Source of the DNA: Candidatus Dormiibacterota bacterium
GTDB lineage: Bacteria > Chloroflexota > Dormibacteria > Aeolococcales > Aeolococcaceae
Reading direction: 5' to 3'
Assembly (NCBI GenBank): GCA_035995545.1
Contig: DASYKI010000003.1
Coordinates: forward strand, 540 to 64,539
Length of the DNA: 64,000 nt
Below, piece after piece: positions 19,850-30,718 of this stretch. The notes under the pieces were generated by a model, which was given only the letters and a program-made list of their open reading frames with translations, was not told where the DNA came from and made no database searches. Within the stretch, counting starts at the first letter, position 1; every line of letters begins with the position of its first letter. A program made the position numbers and the translations under genes.

Positions 19850-20992
19850 ATGGCAGCCGCCGGCGCCCGCCTGGGCGCCGTCCGACGCGTCCTCACCCCC
19901 GCCGAATGGCGCCGCGCCGCGGGCCTGGCCGCGGCCGTGATCGCCCTGCACGTCATCGGCTGGGGCACGCTGATCCTCTTCGTGGCGCCGCGCTACCCCA
20001 ATGCGCTCGGGCTCGGCGTCGGGGTGCTCGCCTACACATTCGGTCTGCGCCACGCCTTCGACGCCGACCACATCTCGGCGATCGACAACACCACCCGCAA
20101 GTTCATGGCCGACGGCAAGCGCCCGCTCGGCGTGGGCTTCTTCTTCTCGCTGGGACACTCGACGGTGGTGCTGGGGCTCGCCGTTGCGCTCTCCTTCGTT
20201 GCCAAGTCGATCGTCGGCCAGGTGAGCTCGAGCGGCTCGGCGCTGCACAGCGTCGGCGGGCTGATCGGCACCGCGGTGTCGAGCGGCTTCCTGTTCCTCA
20301 TCGGCGCGCTCAACCTGGTGATCCTGCTCGGCATCCTGCGCGTCTTCCGCGAGATGCGCCGCGGCCGCTACGACGACGCCGAGCTGGAGCGACAGCTCAA
20401 CTCCCGCGGACTGATGAACCGCTTCTTCGGACCGCTCTCGCGCGCCATCAAGTCGAGCTGGCAGATGTACCCGCTGGGATTTCTCTTCGGCCTCGGCTTC
20501 GACACGGCGAGTGAGATCGCGCTGCTGGCGCTGGCAGCGGGCGCGGCGAGCACCGGGCTGCCGTTCTACGCGGTGCTCTGCCTGCCGGTGATCTTCGCCG
20601 CGGGCATGTCGCTGCTCGACACGCTCGATGGCGCCTTCATGAGCTTCGCCTACGGCTGGGCGTTCGCCAAGCCGCTGCGCAAGGTCTACTACAACATCAC
20701 CGTCACCGGGCTCAGCGTCGCGGTGGCGCTCATCGTGGGCACCGTCGAGGTGCTGTCGATCCTCGCCGACCGTCTCGACCTGCACGGCGGCTTCTGGGGT
20801 TTCGTCGCCTCGTTCGACCTCAACCGCATCGGCTTTCTGATCGTCGGGCTCTTCGTGGTGACCTGGATCGGCGCCATCGCGGTGTGGAAGTTCGCGCGCA
20901 TCGAGGACCGCTGGGCGCTGCGCGGCGCAGGTGGCGCGCCCATCCCGCCGCTGGTGTCGAGTGGCGAGGTGCGCGACTCCACGCCACGCTGA
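19850..20992 (+). CDS. NiCoT-family high-affinity nickel/cobalt transporter (HoxN/NixA-like)
   Basis: Signature motifs HAFDADHI and GLGFDTASE are present. I chose the ATG at 19850; the track ORF upstream is an extension. Confidence 0.85.
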   Translation: MAAAGARLGAVRRVLTPAEWRRAAGLAAAVIALHVIGWGTLILFVAPRYPNALGLGVGVLAYTFGLRHAFDADHISAIDNTTRKFMADGKRPLGVGFFFSLGHSTVVLGLAVALSFVAKSIVGQVSSSGSALHSVGGLIGTAVSSGFLFLIGALNLVILLGILRVFREMRRGRYDDAELERQLNSRGLMNRFFGPLSRAIKSSWQMYPLGFLFGLGFDTASEIALLALAAGAASTGLPFYAVLCLPVIFAAGMSLLDTLDGAFMSFAYGWAFAKPLRKVYYNITVTGLSVAVALIVGTVEVLSILADRLDLHGGFWGFVASFDLNRIGFLIVGLFVVTWIGAIAVWKFARIEDRWALRGAGGAPIPPLVSSGEVRDSTPR

Positions 20993-21017
20993 TCGGCGCC
21001 TGTATGCTCTCGGCCCT

Positions 21018-21944
21018 GTGAAGCAGGTCGCCGTCACCGGCTCGGTCGCCTTCGACACCATCATGGTGTTCCAGGGACACTTCGGGGAGCACATCCTTCC
21101 CGACAAGACCCACCTCATCAACGTCTCCTTCCTGGTCGACCGGTTGGAGAAGCGCCGCGGTGGCACCGCGGCGAACATCGCGTACACCATGGCCCTGCAC
21201 GGTGAGCATCCGCTGCTCTGCGCCGCGGTGGGCAGCGACTTCGGCGACTACGACTCCGCGCTTCGCGACGCTGGTGTCGACACCGAGGCGGCGTTGCGCT
21301 GCAACGACATTCCCACCGCGTCGGCGTTCATCACCACCGACCTCGACGACAACCAGATCACCGCCTTCTATCCGGGCGCGATGGCGCGCGGCGGCGACGT
21401 CGACCTGCGTGTGCATGCGGATGTCGTCGACACCGTGGTGGTCGCGCCCGACGCGCCGGACGGGATGGCGCTGCACATCGCGCAGGCGCGCGAGATGGGC
21501 GCGCGTCTGGTGTTCGTGCCGGCGCAGCAGATTCCCTCGCTGCCGGAGGCGACGCTGCGGGCGGGGCTGGAGAGCGCGTGGATGGTCGTCGGCAACGACT
21601 ACGAGCTGGAGCTGATCCGGTCGCGCACCGGGATGTCGGCGGAGGACCTGCGGCGGCGCGGGGCTCTGGTGGCGGTGACGCGCGGCGACGAGGGGAGCGA
21701 GCTGCACGCCCCGGACGGGGTGGTGCGGATCCCGGTGGCGCCGGCAGCCGCGGTGCTGGATCCCACCGGGGCGGGGGATGCCTACGTCGGCGGGCTCCTC
21801 GTGGGGCTGCGGCGGGGGCTGCCGCTGGAGGAGGCGGGGAGGGTGGCGGCATTGAGCGCCACGTACGTCGTGGAGCAGCAGGGGACGCAGTCGCACCGCT
21901 TCGATGCGGAGTCCTTCGCGGAGCGCTACCGCACGGCGTTCTGA
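21018..21944 (+). CDS. PfkB-family carbohydrate/nucleoside kinase (ribokinase / adenosine kinase-like)
   Basis: The anion-hole motif DPTGAGDA is present, plus an N-terminal GS-containing substrate lid. I chose the GTG start after the NiCoT stop. Confidence 0.75.
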   Translation: MKQVAVTGSVAFDTIMVFQGHFGEHILPDKTHLINVSFLVDRLEKRRGGTAANIAYTMALHGEHPLLCAAVGSDFGDYDSALRDAGVDTEAALRCNDIPTASAFITTDLDDNQITAFYPGAMARGGDVDLRVHADVVDTVVVAPDAPDGMALHIAQAREMGARLVFVPAQQIPSLPEATLRAGLESAWMVVGNDYELELIRSRTGMSAEDLRRRGALVAVTRGDEGSELHAPDGVVRIPVAPAAAVLDPTGAGDAYVGGLLVGLRRGLPLEEAGRVAALSATYVVEQQGTQSHRFDAESFAERYRTAF

Positions 21945-22348
21945 AGCGCCATTTCCCCTCTTGTTCTTCACCACGCGCAGACGTTTCTGCCCTGCGCGAC
22001 CCACGCATCCAGCGGCGCGCCCGCAATCCGCCGACATTCTGTCGCAGTCTTCCCGCGCCGCTCGAAGAATTGCCAGACGTTTTGCTTCGGCAGCGCGCCT
22101 CTGGCGACCTTCTGCCTCTGGACGCGCCTCCCAGCCTCTGCTACGATCCCGCCCGTAATGTCCCGGCGCTATCACGCCCGCTTCGTGTTTACCTCGCCAG
22201 CCCCCGGGCTGGCGGAGCATACGCACGCGTAAGCGGTAGCGCTCCGCCCCAGGGCTGGCAGGTCAACGCCGGCCCGTGGAGCGCACAGGACTCTCCCTCG
22301 GTCCGGCACCAGCCCTCGCCGCACCAGAACACCGCAGGGAGACCCCGA

Positions 22349-23443
22349 ATGACCGCCGCGCCACTCCTTCCCGTCGCCGCCAGGCCGCACCCCCAGCACA
22401 CCGTCGCCATCGGCGACGTGCGCTTCGGTGGCTCGGCGGTGCCGGTCATCGCCGGTCCCTGCGCGGTCGAACCGGGCTACCTCGAACAGGTCGGAGCCAT
22501 CGCGGCCGCCGGCGCCTCGGCTCTGCGCGGCTGCGTGCACAAGCCCCGCACCCGCCCCGGCAGCTTCCAGGGTCTCGGCGCCGAGGGCTACCCGCTGCTC
22601 GACGCCGCCCGCGCCGCCACCGGCCTGCCGGTGATCAGCGAGCCGCTCCAGGTCGAGGACGTCGAGCAGCTCGCCGCCCACTGCGACGCCTTCCTCATCG
22701 GGGCCCGCTCGATGCAGAACACGCCGCTGCTCCGTGCCGTGGGGCGCCTGCGCCATCCCGTCATCCTCAAGCGCGGGCTGAGCGCCACCTACGACGAGTG
22801 GCTGGGTGCTGCCGAGTACGTCCTCGACGGCGGCAACGACCAGCTCATCCTCTGCGAGCGCGGCATCCGCACCTTCGAGACGGCCACCCGCAACACCCTG
22901 GACGTCGCCGCCATCCCTGTGCTCCGCGAGCGCACTGGCCTGCCGGTGATCGTCGACCCCTCGCACGCCGCCGGGCAGCGCGCCTGGGTCGCCCCGCTGG
23001 CCATGGCCGCGATCGCCGCCGGCGCCGACGGCCTGATCGTCGAGTGCCACCCCGAGCCCACCGCCTCCTGGAGCGACGCCGCCCAGGCGATCAGCCCCGA
23101 GCAGCTCCGCGCCATCGTCGACGCGGTGGAGTTCCTCTCCGCCTCGGTGCGCGGCGCCGGGCTGGGCTCCCTCGGCGAGTGCCGCGACGCCATCGACGCC
23201 GTCGACGCCGCCCTCGCCCGCCTCCTCGACCGTCGCGCCACCCTGGTCGCCGCCACCCAGCAGCACAAGGCCCGCCCCGGCGCCCGCGACCACGAGCGCG
23301 AAGCCAAGGTCGCTCGCCGCGTCGCCGCCCGCGCCCCCCACCTCGGCGCCGCCGGGTCGGAGGCGGTGATGCAGGCGATCATCGCCACCTGCCTCGCCGC
23401 CAGCGAGACGCCGGACGAGGAGCCCGCCGCCCTGGCTTCGTAG
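22349..23443 (+). CDS. 3-deoxy-7-phosphoheptulonate (DAHP) synthase, type I-beta, fused to a C-terminal chorismate mutase (AroQ) domain
   Basis: The KDO8P/DAHP-synthase-family core reads [13 protein letters not shown] and IVDPSHAAG. The C-terminal roughly 90 aa ([29 protein letters not shown] ...) is AroQ-like helical chorismate mutase. ATG at 22349; the track ORF 21578.. is an upstream read-through. Confidence 0.8.
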   Translation: MTAAPLLPVAARPHPQHTVAIGDVRFGGSAVPVIAGPCAVEPGYLEQVGAIAAAGASALRGCVHKPRTRPGSFQGLGAEGYPLLDAARAATGLPVISEPLQVEDVEQLAAHCDAFLIGARSMQNTPLLRAVGRLRHPVILKRGLSATYDEWLGAAEYVLDGGNDQLILCERGIRTFETATRNTLDVAAIPVLRERTGLPVIVDPSHAAGQRAWVAPLAMAAIAAGADGLIVECHPEPTASWSDAAQAISPEQLRAIVDAVEFLSASVRGAGLGSLGECRDAIDAVDAALARLLDRRATLVAATQQHKARPGARDHEREAKVARRVAARAPHLGAAGSEAVMQAIIATCLAASETPDEEPAALAS

Positions 23444-23450
23444 GGGGTCC

Positions 23451-23480
23451 CCGCAACAATCCCCGCGCAACAATCCCCCG
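23451..23480. repeat. tandem direct repeat CGCAACAATCCCC in two copies in the DAHPS-thiolase intergenic region
   Basis: Read directly: ccgcaacaatcccc gcgcaacaatcccccg. Confidence 0.6.
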
Positions 23481-23610
23481 CCGAGGCGCTGCGATGCCGT
23501 GCGCGCAAGCGCCGGCCTCGCCGCCGAAGGCGCCTTGCAGGAGGCGCGCGCCTCACTCGCGGCGCTATCGTTTCGCCTCGGAAAAACCAATCACGTCGAG
23601 GTTGTGAGCA

Positions 23611-24789
23611 ATGGAAGAGGCCGTCATCGTCAGCGCCGTCCGCACCCCCGTGGGCACCATGGGCGGCGCCTTCGCCGACGTCCCCGCTCCGCGCCTGGGC
23701 GCCATCGCCGTCGAGGAGGCCATCCGCCGCGCCGGCGTCGACGCCGCCGAGGTGGAGGAGGTGCTGATGGGCAACGTCCTCCAGGCCGGCCTCGGCCAGA
23801 ACCCCGCCCGCCAGGCCTCGCTCGGCGCCGGGCTCAACACCAGCATCCCCACCATGACCGTCAACAAGGTCTGCGGCAGCGGCCTCAAGACGGTGGCCCT
23901 GGCCGCCCAGGCCATCCGTGCCGGCGACGCCACGCTGCTGGTGGCCGGCGGCATGGAGAACATGACCCGCGCTCCCTACCTGATCGAGAACGCCCGCTAC
24001 GGCTACCGCCTCGGGCACGGCGAGCTGGTCGACGTGATGATCCGCGACGGCCTCTGGTGCGCCTTCGACGACTGCCACATGGGCGTCACCGCCGAGAACG
24101 TCGCCGCCGAGTACGAGGTCTCCCGCGAAGACCAGGACGCCTTCGCCGCCGAGTCGCAGCGCAAGGCCGGCGCCGCCCTCGCCTCGGGGCGCTTCAAGGA
24201 CGAGATCGTCCCCGTCCCGGTGCAGCGCAAGAAGGAGACGGTGCTCATCGACACCGACGAGCATCCCCGCCCCGACACCACCGCCGAGACCCTCGCCCGC
24301 CTCCGCGCCGCCTTCAACAAGGACGGCAGCGTCACCGCCGGCAACGCCAGCGGCATCAATGACGGCGGCGCCGCCGTGGTGGTGATGAGCGCCTCGCGCG
24401 CCAAGGCCGAGGGCCGCACCCCGCTCGCCCGCATCCGCAGCTACGCCAGCGCCGGCGTCGAGCCCCGCATCATGGGCATGGGCCCCGTCCCCGCCTCCCG
24501 CTCCGCCCTCGGCAAGGCCGGGGTCGAGGTCAAGGACATCGGCCTCTTCGAGCTCAACGAGGCCTTCGCCGCCCAGTCGGTCGCCGTCGGCCGCGAGCTC
24601 GCCGTGCCCCAGGACCGCCTCAACGTCAACGGCGGCGCCATCGCCATCGGCCACCCCATCGGCGCCAGCGGCACCCGCATCCTGGTCACGCTGCTGCACG
24701 AGATGCAGAAGCGCGACGTCGAGCTCGGCCTCGCCGGCATGTGCATCGGCGGCGGCCAGGGCATCGCCATGGTCGTCGAGCGCGTCTGA
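23611..24789 (+). CDS. acetyl-CoA C-acetyltransferase (thiolase II)
   Basis: The 392-aa sequence has the nucleophile Cys in VNKVCGSGL and the C-terminal [11 protein letters not shown] / [12 protein letters not shown] motifs. Confidence 0.9.
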   Translation: MEEAVIVSAVRTPVGTMGGAFADVPAPRLGAIAVEEAIRRAGVDAAEVEEVLMGNVLQAGLGQNPARQASLGAGLNTSIPTMTVNKVCGSGLKTVALAAQAIRAGDATLLVAGGMENMTRAPYLIENARYGYRLGHGELVDVMIRDGLWCAFDDCHMGVTAENVAAEYEVSREDQDAFAAESQRKAGAALASGRFKDEIVPVPVQRKKETVLIDTDEHPRPDTTAETLARLRAAFNKDGSVTAGNASGINDGGAAVVVMSASRAKAEGRTPLARIRSYASAGVEPRIMGMGPVPASRSALGKAGVEVKDIGLFELNEAFAAQSVAVGRELAVPQDRLNVNGGAIAIGHPIGASGTRILVTLLHEMQKRDVELGLAGMCIGGGQGIAMVVERV

Positions 24790-24840
24790 CCTCCAGGCTG
24801 CGCCGGCCCTTAAGCAAGCCGACTTGCCTGCGCTGCCCGG

Positions 24841-25392
24841 CTACGTCCGCAAGGCGCGCAGGGCCTGGCGGAGGGAGAGCAGCGGGGCGGCCAGCGCGAG
24901 CGCGATGCCCGCGTACACGACGGTGATACCGGGCCCGACCACGGCGGCGCCCTCGGTGTGGATGTCGGCGTTGTGGAGGAAGACGAGCTTGCCCAGGATG
25001 TCCGAGCGGTACTGGACTAGGGCGAACGCGATCGGCGCGAGCAGCAGGGTGAGCCAGTGCAGGAACCGCGGGGCACCGCGGCGCCCCACGGCGGCCACGA
25101 CGCCGAGCACGATGCAGACGATGCCCACCAGCACCACGATGGTGGCGGCGGCGCCGTCGGGTCCGCCCTCGCGCACCGCGGCCACGGACTGTCCGGCGAT
25201 CGAGATCCACGGCAGCAGCGCGCCGGCGATGAGGATCACGCCCGCAGCGGCGACCAGCAACCCGCTGAGCACCGTCCACACCGTGCGACGCGCCGACAGC
25301 GAGCCGGCCACTGCGCCCGCCTTGAGCCGGAAGAGCTGCGGGTCCTCGGGAGCACCCTGAGCACCCGCAGCCGGGCGCTCACCCTCGGGCAT
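24841..25392 (-). CDS. small integral membrane protein (about 5 TM), unknown function
   Basis: I chose the internal M (MPEGERP...). The longer track ORF would overlap the upstream deacetylase gene. Confidence 0.4.
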   Translation of the reverse strand: MPEGERPAAGAQGAPEDPQLFRLKAGAVAGSLSARRTVWTVLSGLLVAAAGVILIAGALLPWISIAGQSVAAVREGGPDGAAATIVVLVGIVCIVLGVVAAVGRRGAPRFLHWLTLLLAPIAFALVQYRSDILGKLVFLHNADIHTEGAAVVGPGITVVYAGIALALAAPLLSLRQALRALRT

Positions 25393-25412
25393 CGCCGCCG
25401 CCCCCGCCGGAG

Positions 25413-26276
25413 CTAGTCGCCGATGCCGGCGAACAGGTCGGTCTCGGGCGTCTGCACGGGGACTCGCGAGATGGCGAGCTGGAAGTACTCGTCGGAGAAG
25501 TGCTCGCGGGCCATCTCCTCGGGGACGGCGAGGTAGGGGAAGTCCTCGGTGATCTGGCTGCGATGGGCGCGCAGCGCGGCCAGCTTGCGGCTCATCTGCG
25601 GCGCGCACGACACCGTGGTGCTGACCAGCTCGTCGCGAGTCACGAACTCCAGGTCCTCGGGCGCGGTGTCGCCGAAGGGAGACGGCTGCCCGAACTGGGC
25701 GGCGAATTCGACGGCACGACGCGCGGCCCGCAGCGGAAACGCGGTGTAGTACAGCTTCGACACGCGCCAGGGTTCGCCCGCGTCGGGATAGATCTTCGGC
25801 TGGTACGCGGCCTCGACGGCGAGCAGCGTGGCGCGGTGCGCCTGGATGTGATCCGGGTGCATGTAGCTGCCGATTGCGTCATAGGTGACAACAACATGTG
25901 GCCGGAACGCGCGGATGCGCTCGACGATGCGCCCGGCGACCTCGTCGAGGTCGGCCTTCCAGAAGGCGACCGGGTCGTTGTTCGACTCGGCGCCGGCCAT
26001 GCCGGAGTCGTGGTAGCCGAGGAAGTCGAGCTGGTCGACGCCGAGGATGGTGCAGGCGGCGCGCAGCTCCTCGCGGCGGATCTCGCCGAGGCGCGGCCGC
26101 GTCTCCGCCTCGGGCATGTCGGGCGCGTAGATGGTGGCGAGCTGGCCGTCGGTGCAGCACACCAGCGCCGTCCGGATCAGGCGATCGTCGCACTGCGCGA
26201 GGGTGCCGCCCATGGTGATGGTCTCGTCGTCGGCGTGGGCGTGGACGGTCAGCAGGCGCAGCTCGGACATGGCCAC
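25413..26276 (-). CDS. LmbE/PIG-L-family zinc deacetylase, MshB / mycothiol S-conjugate amidase (Mca)-like
   Basis: The N-terminal motif HAHADDETI (AHPDDE-type) is present, along with the conserved HPDH and Y...HRSQ regions. Length is 287 aa. Confidence 0.75.
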   Translation of the reverse strand: MAMSELRLLTVHAHADDETITMGGTLAQCDDRLIRTALVCCTDGQLATIYAPDMPEAETRPRLGEIRREELRAACTILGVDQLDFLGYHDSGMAGAESNNDPVAFWKADLDEVAGRIVERIRAFRPHVVVTYDAIGSYMHPDHIQAHRATLLAVEAAYQPKIYPDAGEPWRVSKLYYTAFPLRAARRAVEFAAQFGQPSPFGDTAPEDLEFVTRDELVSTTVSCAPQMSRKLAALRAHRSQITEDFPYLAVPEEMAREHFSDEYFQLAISRVPVQTPETDLFAGIGD

Positions 26277-26322
26277 CGGATGATACGCGCGCCCGCCGCG
26301 CGAGGTGCCCCCAAACCCGGGC

Positions 26323-26799
26323 CTACGACTCGGTGATCGTCACCGACTTCATGCGGTCGCCCGGCTGGATCTGCTCGACCACCTCCATGCCCTTCACCAC
26401 CTGACCGAAGAGGTTGTAGCTCTTGGCCAGCTTGTGCCGGTCGTCGACCGTGCAGATGAAGAACTGCGAGCCGTTGGTGTTGGGCCCCGCGTTGGCCATG
26501 GCCACGGCACCGGCGGTGTACTCACCCTGCACGGGCTCGTCCTCGAAGCGGTAGCCGGGTCCACCGCGGCCCGACCCCTCGGGGCAGCCGCCCTGGATGA
26601 CGAAGTCGGGCACGACGCGATGGAAGCTGAGCCCGTCGTAGAAGCCGTCGCGGGCGAGGAAGACGAAGTTGTTGACCGACCTGGGGGCCTTGCTCGGATC
26701 GAGGCTCAGGACGATCTCGCCCTTGTCGGTGGCGATGGTCGCCTGGTACTTCTTGGCGGGGTCGATGACCTGCTCTGGCTGGCTGTACTGCTTGGGCAT
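26323..26799 (-). CDS. peptidyl-prolyl cis-trans isomerase, cyclophilin type
   Basis: 158 aa with FHRVVPDFVIQGG and GSQFFI motifs. Confidence 0.9.
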   Translation of the reverse strand: MPKQYSQPEQVIDPAKKYQATIATDKGEIVLSLDPSKAPRSVNNFVFLARDGFYDGLSFHRVVPDFVIQGGCPEGSGRGGPGYRFEDEPVQGEYTAGAVAMANAGPNTNGSQFFICTVDDRHKLAKSYNLFGQVVKGMEVVEQIQPGDRMKSVTITES

Positions 26800-26927
26800 C
26801 GCCCGACTCTAGCGGTCGGGCCTGCGCCCGAACCCGGTGACGGGCGCATGACACCCGGATCGCGCCCTGCGACAGGCCCGGCATGGGTTGCCCAAGCGGC
26901 CGTCCGCAGCCCGCCGTCCCGCCTACG

Positions 26928-28295
26928 GTGGCCCTCGTGCGCCGCCGTCTCCTTCTTCCTGCCGTCGTCGCGCTGGCACTGGTCGCCGTGGCCGCCCCGG
27001 CCATGGTCATGGCCAGGACCGCCCCACCCTCTGCCAGCCCGGCCCCGACCCCCGTGACGCCGCCGCCCGACCCCCTCGGGCAGCAGCTCCAGCACGCGCT
27101 GCAGCAGCGCGCGGCCGTCGACGCCGCCAAGCAGGCGCTGGCCGGGCAGGTCGCGGCCGCCCACGACCAGCAGTCCAACCTCTCGGCGCTGATCAGCAGC
27201 AACCGCACCGTGATCGACCAGACCCTGCACAAGCTGGCCGAGGCCGAGCAGCGCTTCAGCGAGGCCAGCGCCCGCCAGCAGGCCGAGCAGGCCCGCGTCG
27301 ACGAGGCGCGCCGCCAGGAGGTCAAGGACCGCGCCCTGCTGGTCCAGTTCCTCAAGCAGAGCTACATGAACCGCGACGGCTTCATGGCCTACATCCTCTC
27401 CGCCAAGGACTTCTCGGCCCTGCTCGACCGCAGCGCCATCCTCGCCCACCTGGACAGCTTCGGCACCCAGCTGGTCGCCAAGATCCAGCAGGACGTGGCC
27501 GCCGCCGACGCCGCCGAGAAGGCCGCCAAGGCCGACGCCGACACCGCCAAGGCCGCCGCCGTCGCCCTCGCCCAGCAGCGCGACGACCTGCAGAAGCAGG
27601 TCGACCAGGAGCAGTCGCTGATCGACCAGCTCGGCGCCCAGGCCACCGCCGCCCAGCAGGACATCGCCCGGGTGGACAAGCAGGACGTCGCCCTCGCCCA
27701 GCAGATCGCCGCCATCCGCATCCAGCAGCTCGACCAGCTCATCCTCCAGGCGGAGCAGGCGGCCTGGGACGAGGCCAACTACTACCTGCAGCACCACCTG
27801 CTGGGCCTGCCCCCCGGTGCCGCCGTCGACCCCAGCCACCCCGCCGCGGTGCGCTTCGTCTGGCCGGTGCCGGGATCGGAGATCAGCCAGCTCTTCGGGC
27901 CCTCGCCCTACGACTTCGAGCCCCCCTTCGGCGCCTTCCCGCACTTCCACACCGGGATCGACCTGGCCGCGCCGATGAACACCCCCGTGCTCGCCGCCGG
28001 CGACGGCGTGGTGGTGGCCGCCACCGCCTCCGACGTGGGCTACGGCAACCACATCATCCTGGCCCACGACGGCCACACCCTCACCCTCTACGGCCACCTC
28101 GCGATGATGGGCGTGAAGGTGGGCGACACGGTCAAGCAGGGCCAGCCGATCGGCCTGCTGGGGTCGACCGGCAACTCGACCGGCCCCCACCTGCACTTCG
28201 AGGCGCGCGTGGACCAGGTTCCTGTGGACCCCGGTCTCTTCCTGCCACCCCTGCCGCCGGGGGCGAGCGGCCCGCCGGCCCTGCCCAAGCCCTAG
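26928..28295 (+). CDS. secreted M23-family peptidoglycan endopeptidase (LytM-like) with an N-terminal coiled-coil domain
   Basis: A signal peptide is followed by a long Ala/Gln-rich coiled coil. The C-terminal M23 motifs read HTGIDLAAP and GNSTGPHLHFE. Confidence 0.8.
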   Translation: MALVRRRLLLPAVVALALVAVAAPAMVMARTAPPSASPAPTPVTPPPDPLGQQLQHALQQRAAVDAAKQALAGQVAAAHDQQSNLSALISSNRTVIDQTLHKLAEAEQRFSEASARQQAEQARVDEARRQEVKDRALLVQFLKQSYMNRDGFMAYILSAKDFSALLDRSAILAHLDSFGTQLVAKIQQDVAAADAAEKAAKADADTAKAAAVALAQQRDDLQKQVDQEQSLIDQLGAQATAAQQDIARVDKQDVALAQQIAAIRIQQLDQLILQAEQAAWDEANYYLQHHLLGLPPGAAVDPSHPAAVRFVWPVPGSEISQLFGPSPYDFEPPFGAFPHFHTGIDLAAPMNTPVLAAGDGVVVAATASDVGYGNHIILAHDGHTLTLYGHLAMMGVKVGDTVKQGQPIGLLGSTGNSTGPHLHFEARVDQVPVDPGLFLPPLPPGASGPPALPKP

Positions 28296-28463
28296 CGTCG
28301 ACGGCGCGGCGAGCGCTGTGCTGCGCCTGCATCACGCCGGGGAACCGACTCGGTAGAGTTGTCTCGCCCGCTCAGGCTTCACATTCCGGACCGTGCCGAT
28401 GCCCGGTGCCGAGCGAGGCCGGCGCCCCGCCGGGCCGCCGTGTGGACATCAACAGGAGTACGC

Positions 28464-29228
28464 ATGAACGTCGTCGTGTGTGTCAAGCAGGTCCCCGATC
28501 CCAACTCGGCGGGCCAGCTCGACCCGGCCACCAAAACCCTGCGCCGGGAGGGCGTCGAGGTCGTTCTCGACCCCGGTGACGAGTACGGCATCGAGGCGGG
28601 CCTCCAGCTCGCCGACGCCAGCGGTGGCCAGGTCACCGTGGTCTCGATGGGCCCGGACAAGGCCCTGGACGCCATCCGCAAGGCACTGGCCATGGGCGCC
28701 GCCAAGGGCGTGCTGATCAGCGACCCCTCGCTGGCCGGCTCGGACGCGCTGACCACCGCCAAGGTCCTCGCCGCCGCCATCAAGCGCGAGCCCTTCGACC
28801 TGGTCATCGCCGCCACCGAGTCGACCGACGGCTACACCGGCACCGTGCCGCAGATGATCGCCGAGCTGCTCGGCGTCCCCGCGGTCACCTTCGCCAAGCA
28901 CATCGAGGCGGACGGCGGCACCCTCAAGGTCAACCGCCAGACCGAGGCCGGCTACGACGTGGTCGAGGCCGACCTGCCCGCGGTGCTCACCGTCACGGCG
29001 GGGGTCAACGAGCCCCGCTACCCGTCGCTCAAGGGCATCATGGCCGCCAAGTCGAAGCCGGTCGACCGCCTCACCGTGGCCGACCTGGGCATCGGCGACG
29101 TCGCCCCGGGGCAGACCATCACCAACATCCAGCCCGCCGAGGAGCGCAAGGCGGGCGAGGTCGTCGAGGACGACGGCACCGGCGCCCAGCGCATCGTCGA
29201 CTACCTCGCCTCGCTGAAGGTGATCTGA
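28464..29228 (+). CDS. etfB: electron transfer flavoprotein beta subunit
   Basis: An AGGAG RBS lies upstream of the ATG. The N-terminus MNVVVCVKQVPD and the C-terminal region VDRLTVADLGIGDVA are typical. Confidence 0.9.
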   Translation: MNVVVCVKQVPDPNSAGQLDPATKTLRREGVEVVLDPGDEYGIEAGLQLADASGGQVTVVSMGPDKALDAIRKALAMGAAKGVLISDPSLAGSDALTTAKVLAAAIKREPFDLVIAATESTDGYTGTVPQMIAELLGVPAVTFAKHIEADGGTLKVNRQTEAGYDVVEADLPAVLTVTAGVNEPRYPSLKGIMAAKSKPVDRLTVADLGIGDVAPGQTITNIQPAEERKAGEVVEDDGTGAQRIVDYLASLKVI

Positions 29229-29231
29229 GCC

Positions 29232-30203
<972 letters not shown>

Positions 30204-30213
30204 GAGCCCAACG

Positions 30214-30690
30214 GTGACCCCGCGCGAGGCGGCGGTCGCGACGGTGGAACGCGTTCTCGCGTCTCACCCCGATGTCGCGGCCCGCCGCCTCGACGGGCAC
30301 CGCTGGTCGCTGGCGCTGCCGGGAACGGTGCGCTGGAAGGTCCCCGTCCAACTCGACGTGGGCACGCGCACAACCGTCGCCATCTCCTTTCTGCTGCGCG
30401 GACCAAGGCCGCCGCACGGCGATCCGGCGGCGCTGCACCGCCTGCTGCTGCGCAAGAACCTCGCCACCCGCCGCCTCCACTTCGCCCTCGACGGCGACGA
30501 CGACGTGGTCCTGCTGGGACGCTTGCCCACCGCTGCAATCTCCGCCGAGGAGCTGGAGGCGCTGCTCGCCGAGATCCTGGTGGTCAGCGACCAGGCCTTC
30601 GAAGCGCTGGTGCACCTTGGCTACCCCGGGGTCTTCCCACCCCTGCCCGCCGTGGCGCCCCCGGGTCGGGCCGGACCGGAACGATCCTGA
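30214..30690 (+). CDS. hypothetical protein (YbjN-like, putative)
   Basis: 158 aa starting at a GTG. I see no clear motif, and the YbjN assignment is weak. Confidence 0.35.
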   Translation: MTPREAAVATVERVLASHPDVAARRLDGHRWSLALPGTVRWKVPVQLDVGTRTTVAISFLLRGPRPPHGDPAALHRLLLRKNLATRRLHFALDGDDDVVLLGRLPTAAISAEELEALLAEILVVSDQAFEALVHLGYPGVFPPLPAVAPPGRAGPERS

Positions 30691-30718
30691 CAAACAAGTA
30701 ACGCCCCCGTCGCGCCAC

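Noticed and set aside
21578-23443. A 621-aa version of the DAHP synthase gene.
   Set aside because: The first 257 aa lie in the AT-richer leader and are low-complexity. The typical DAHP synthase N-terminus begins at the ATG at 22349.
24790-24840. Short inverted repeat (GCAAG ... CTTGC) between the convergent thiolase and membrane-protein genes, considered as a terminator.
   Set aside because: The stem is only 5 bp and there is no U-tract.
30214-30690. YbjN-like protein as part of the two-component system.
   Set aside because: The assignment rests on vague recall only. It is kept as a low-confidence hypothetical.
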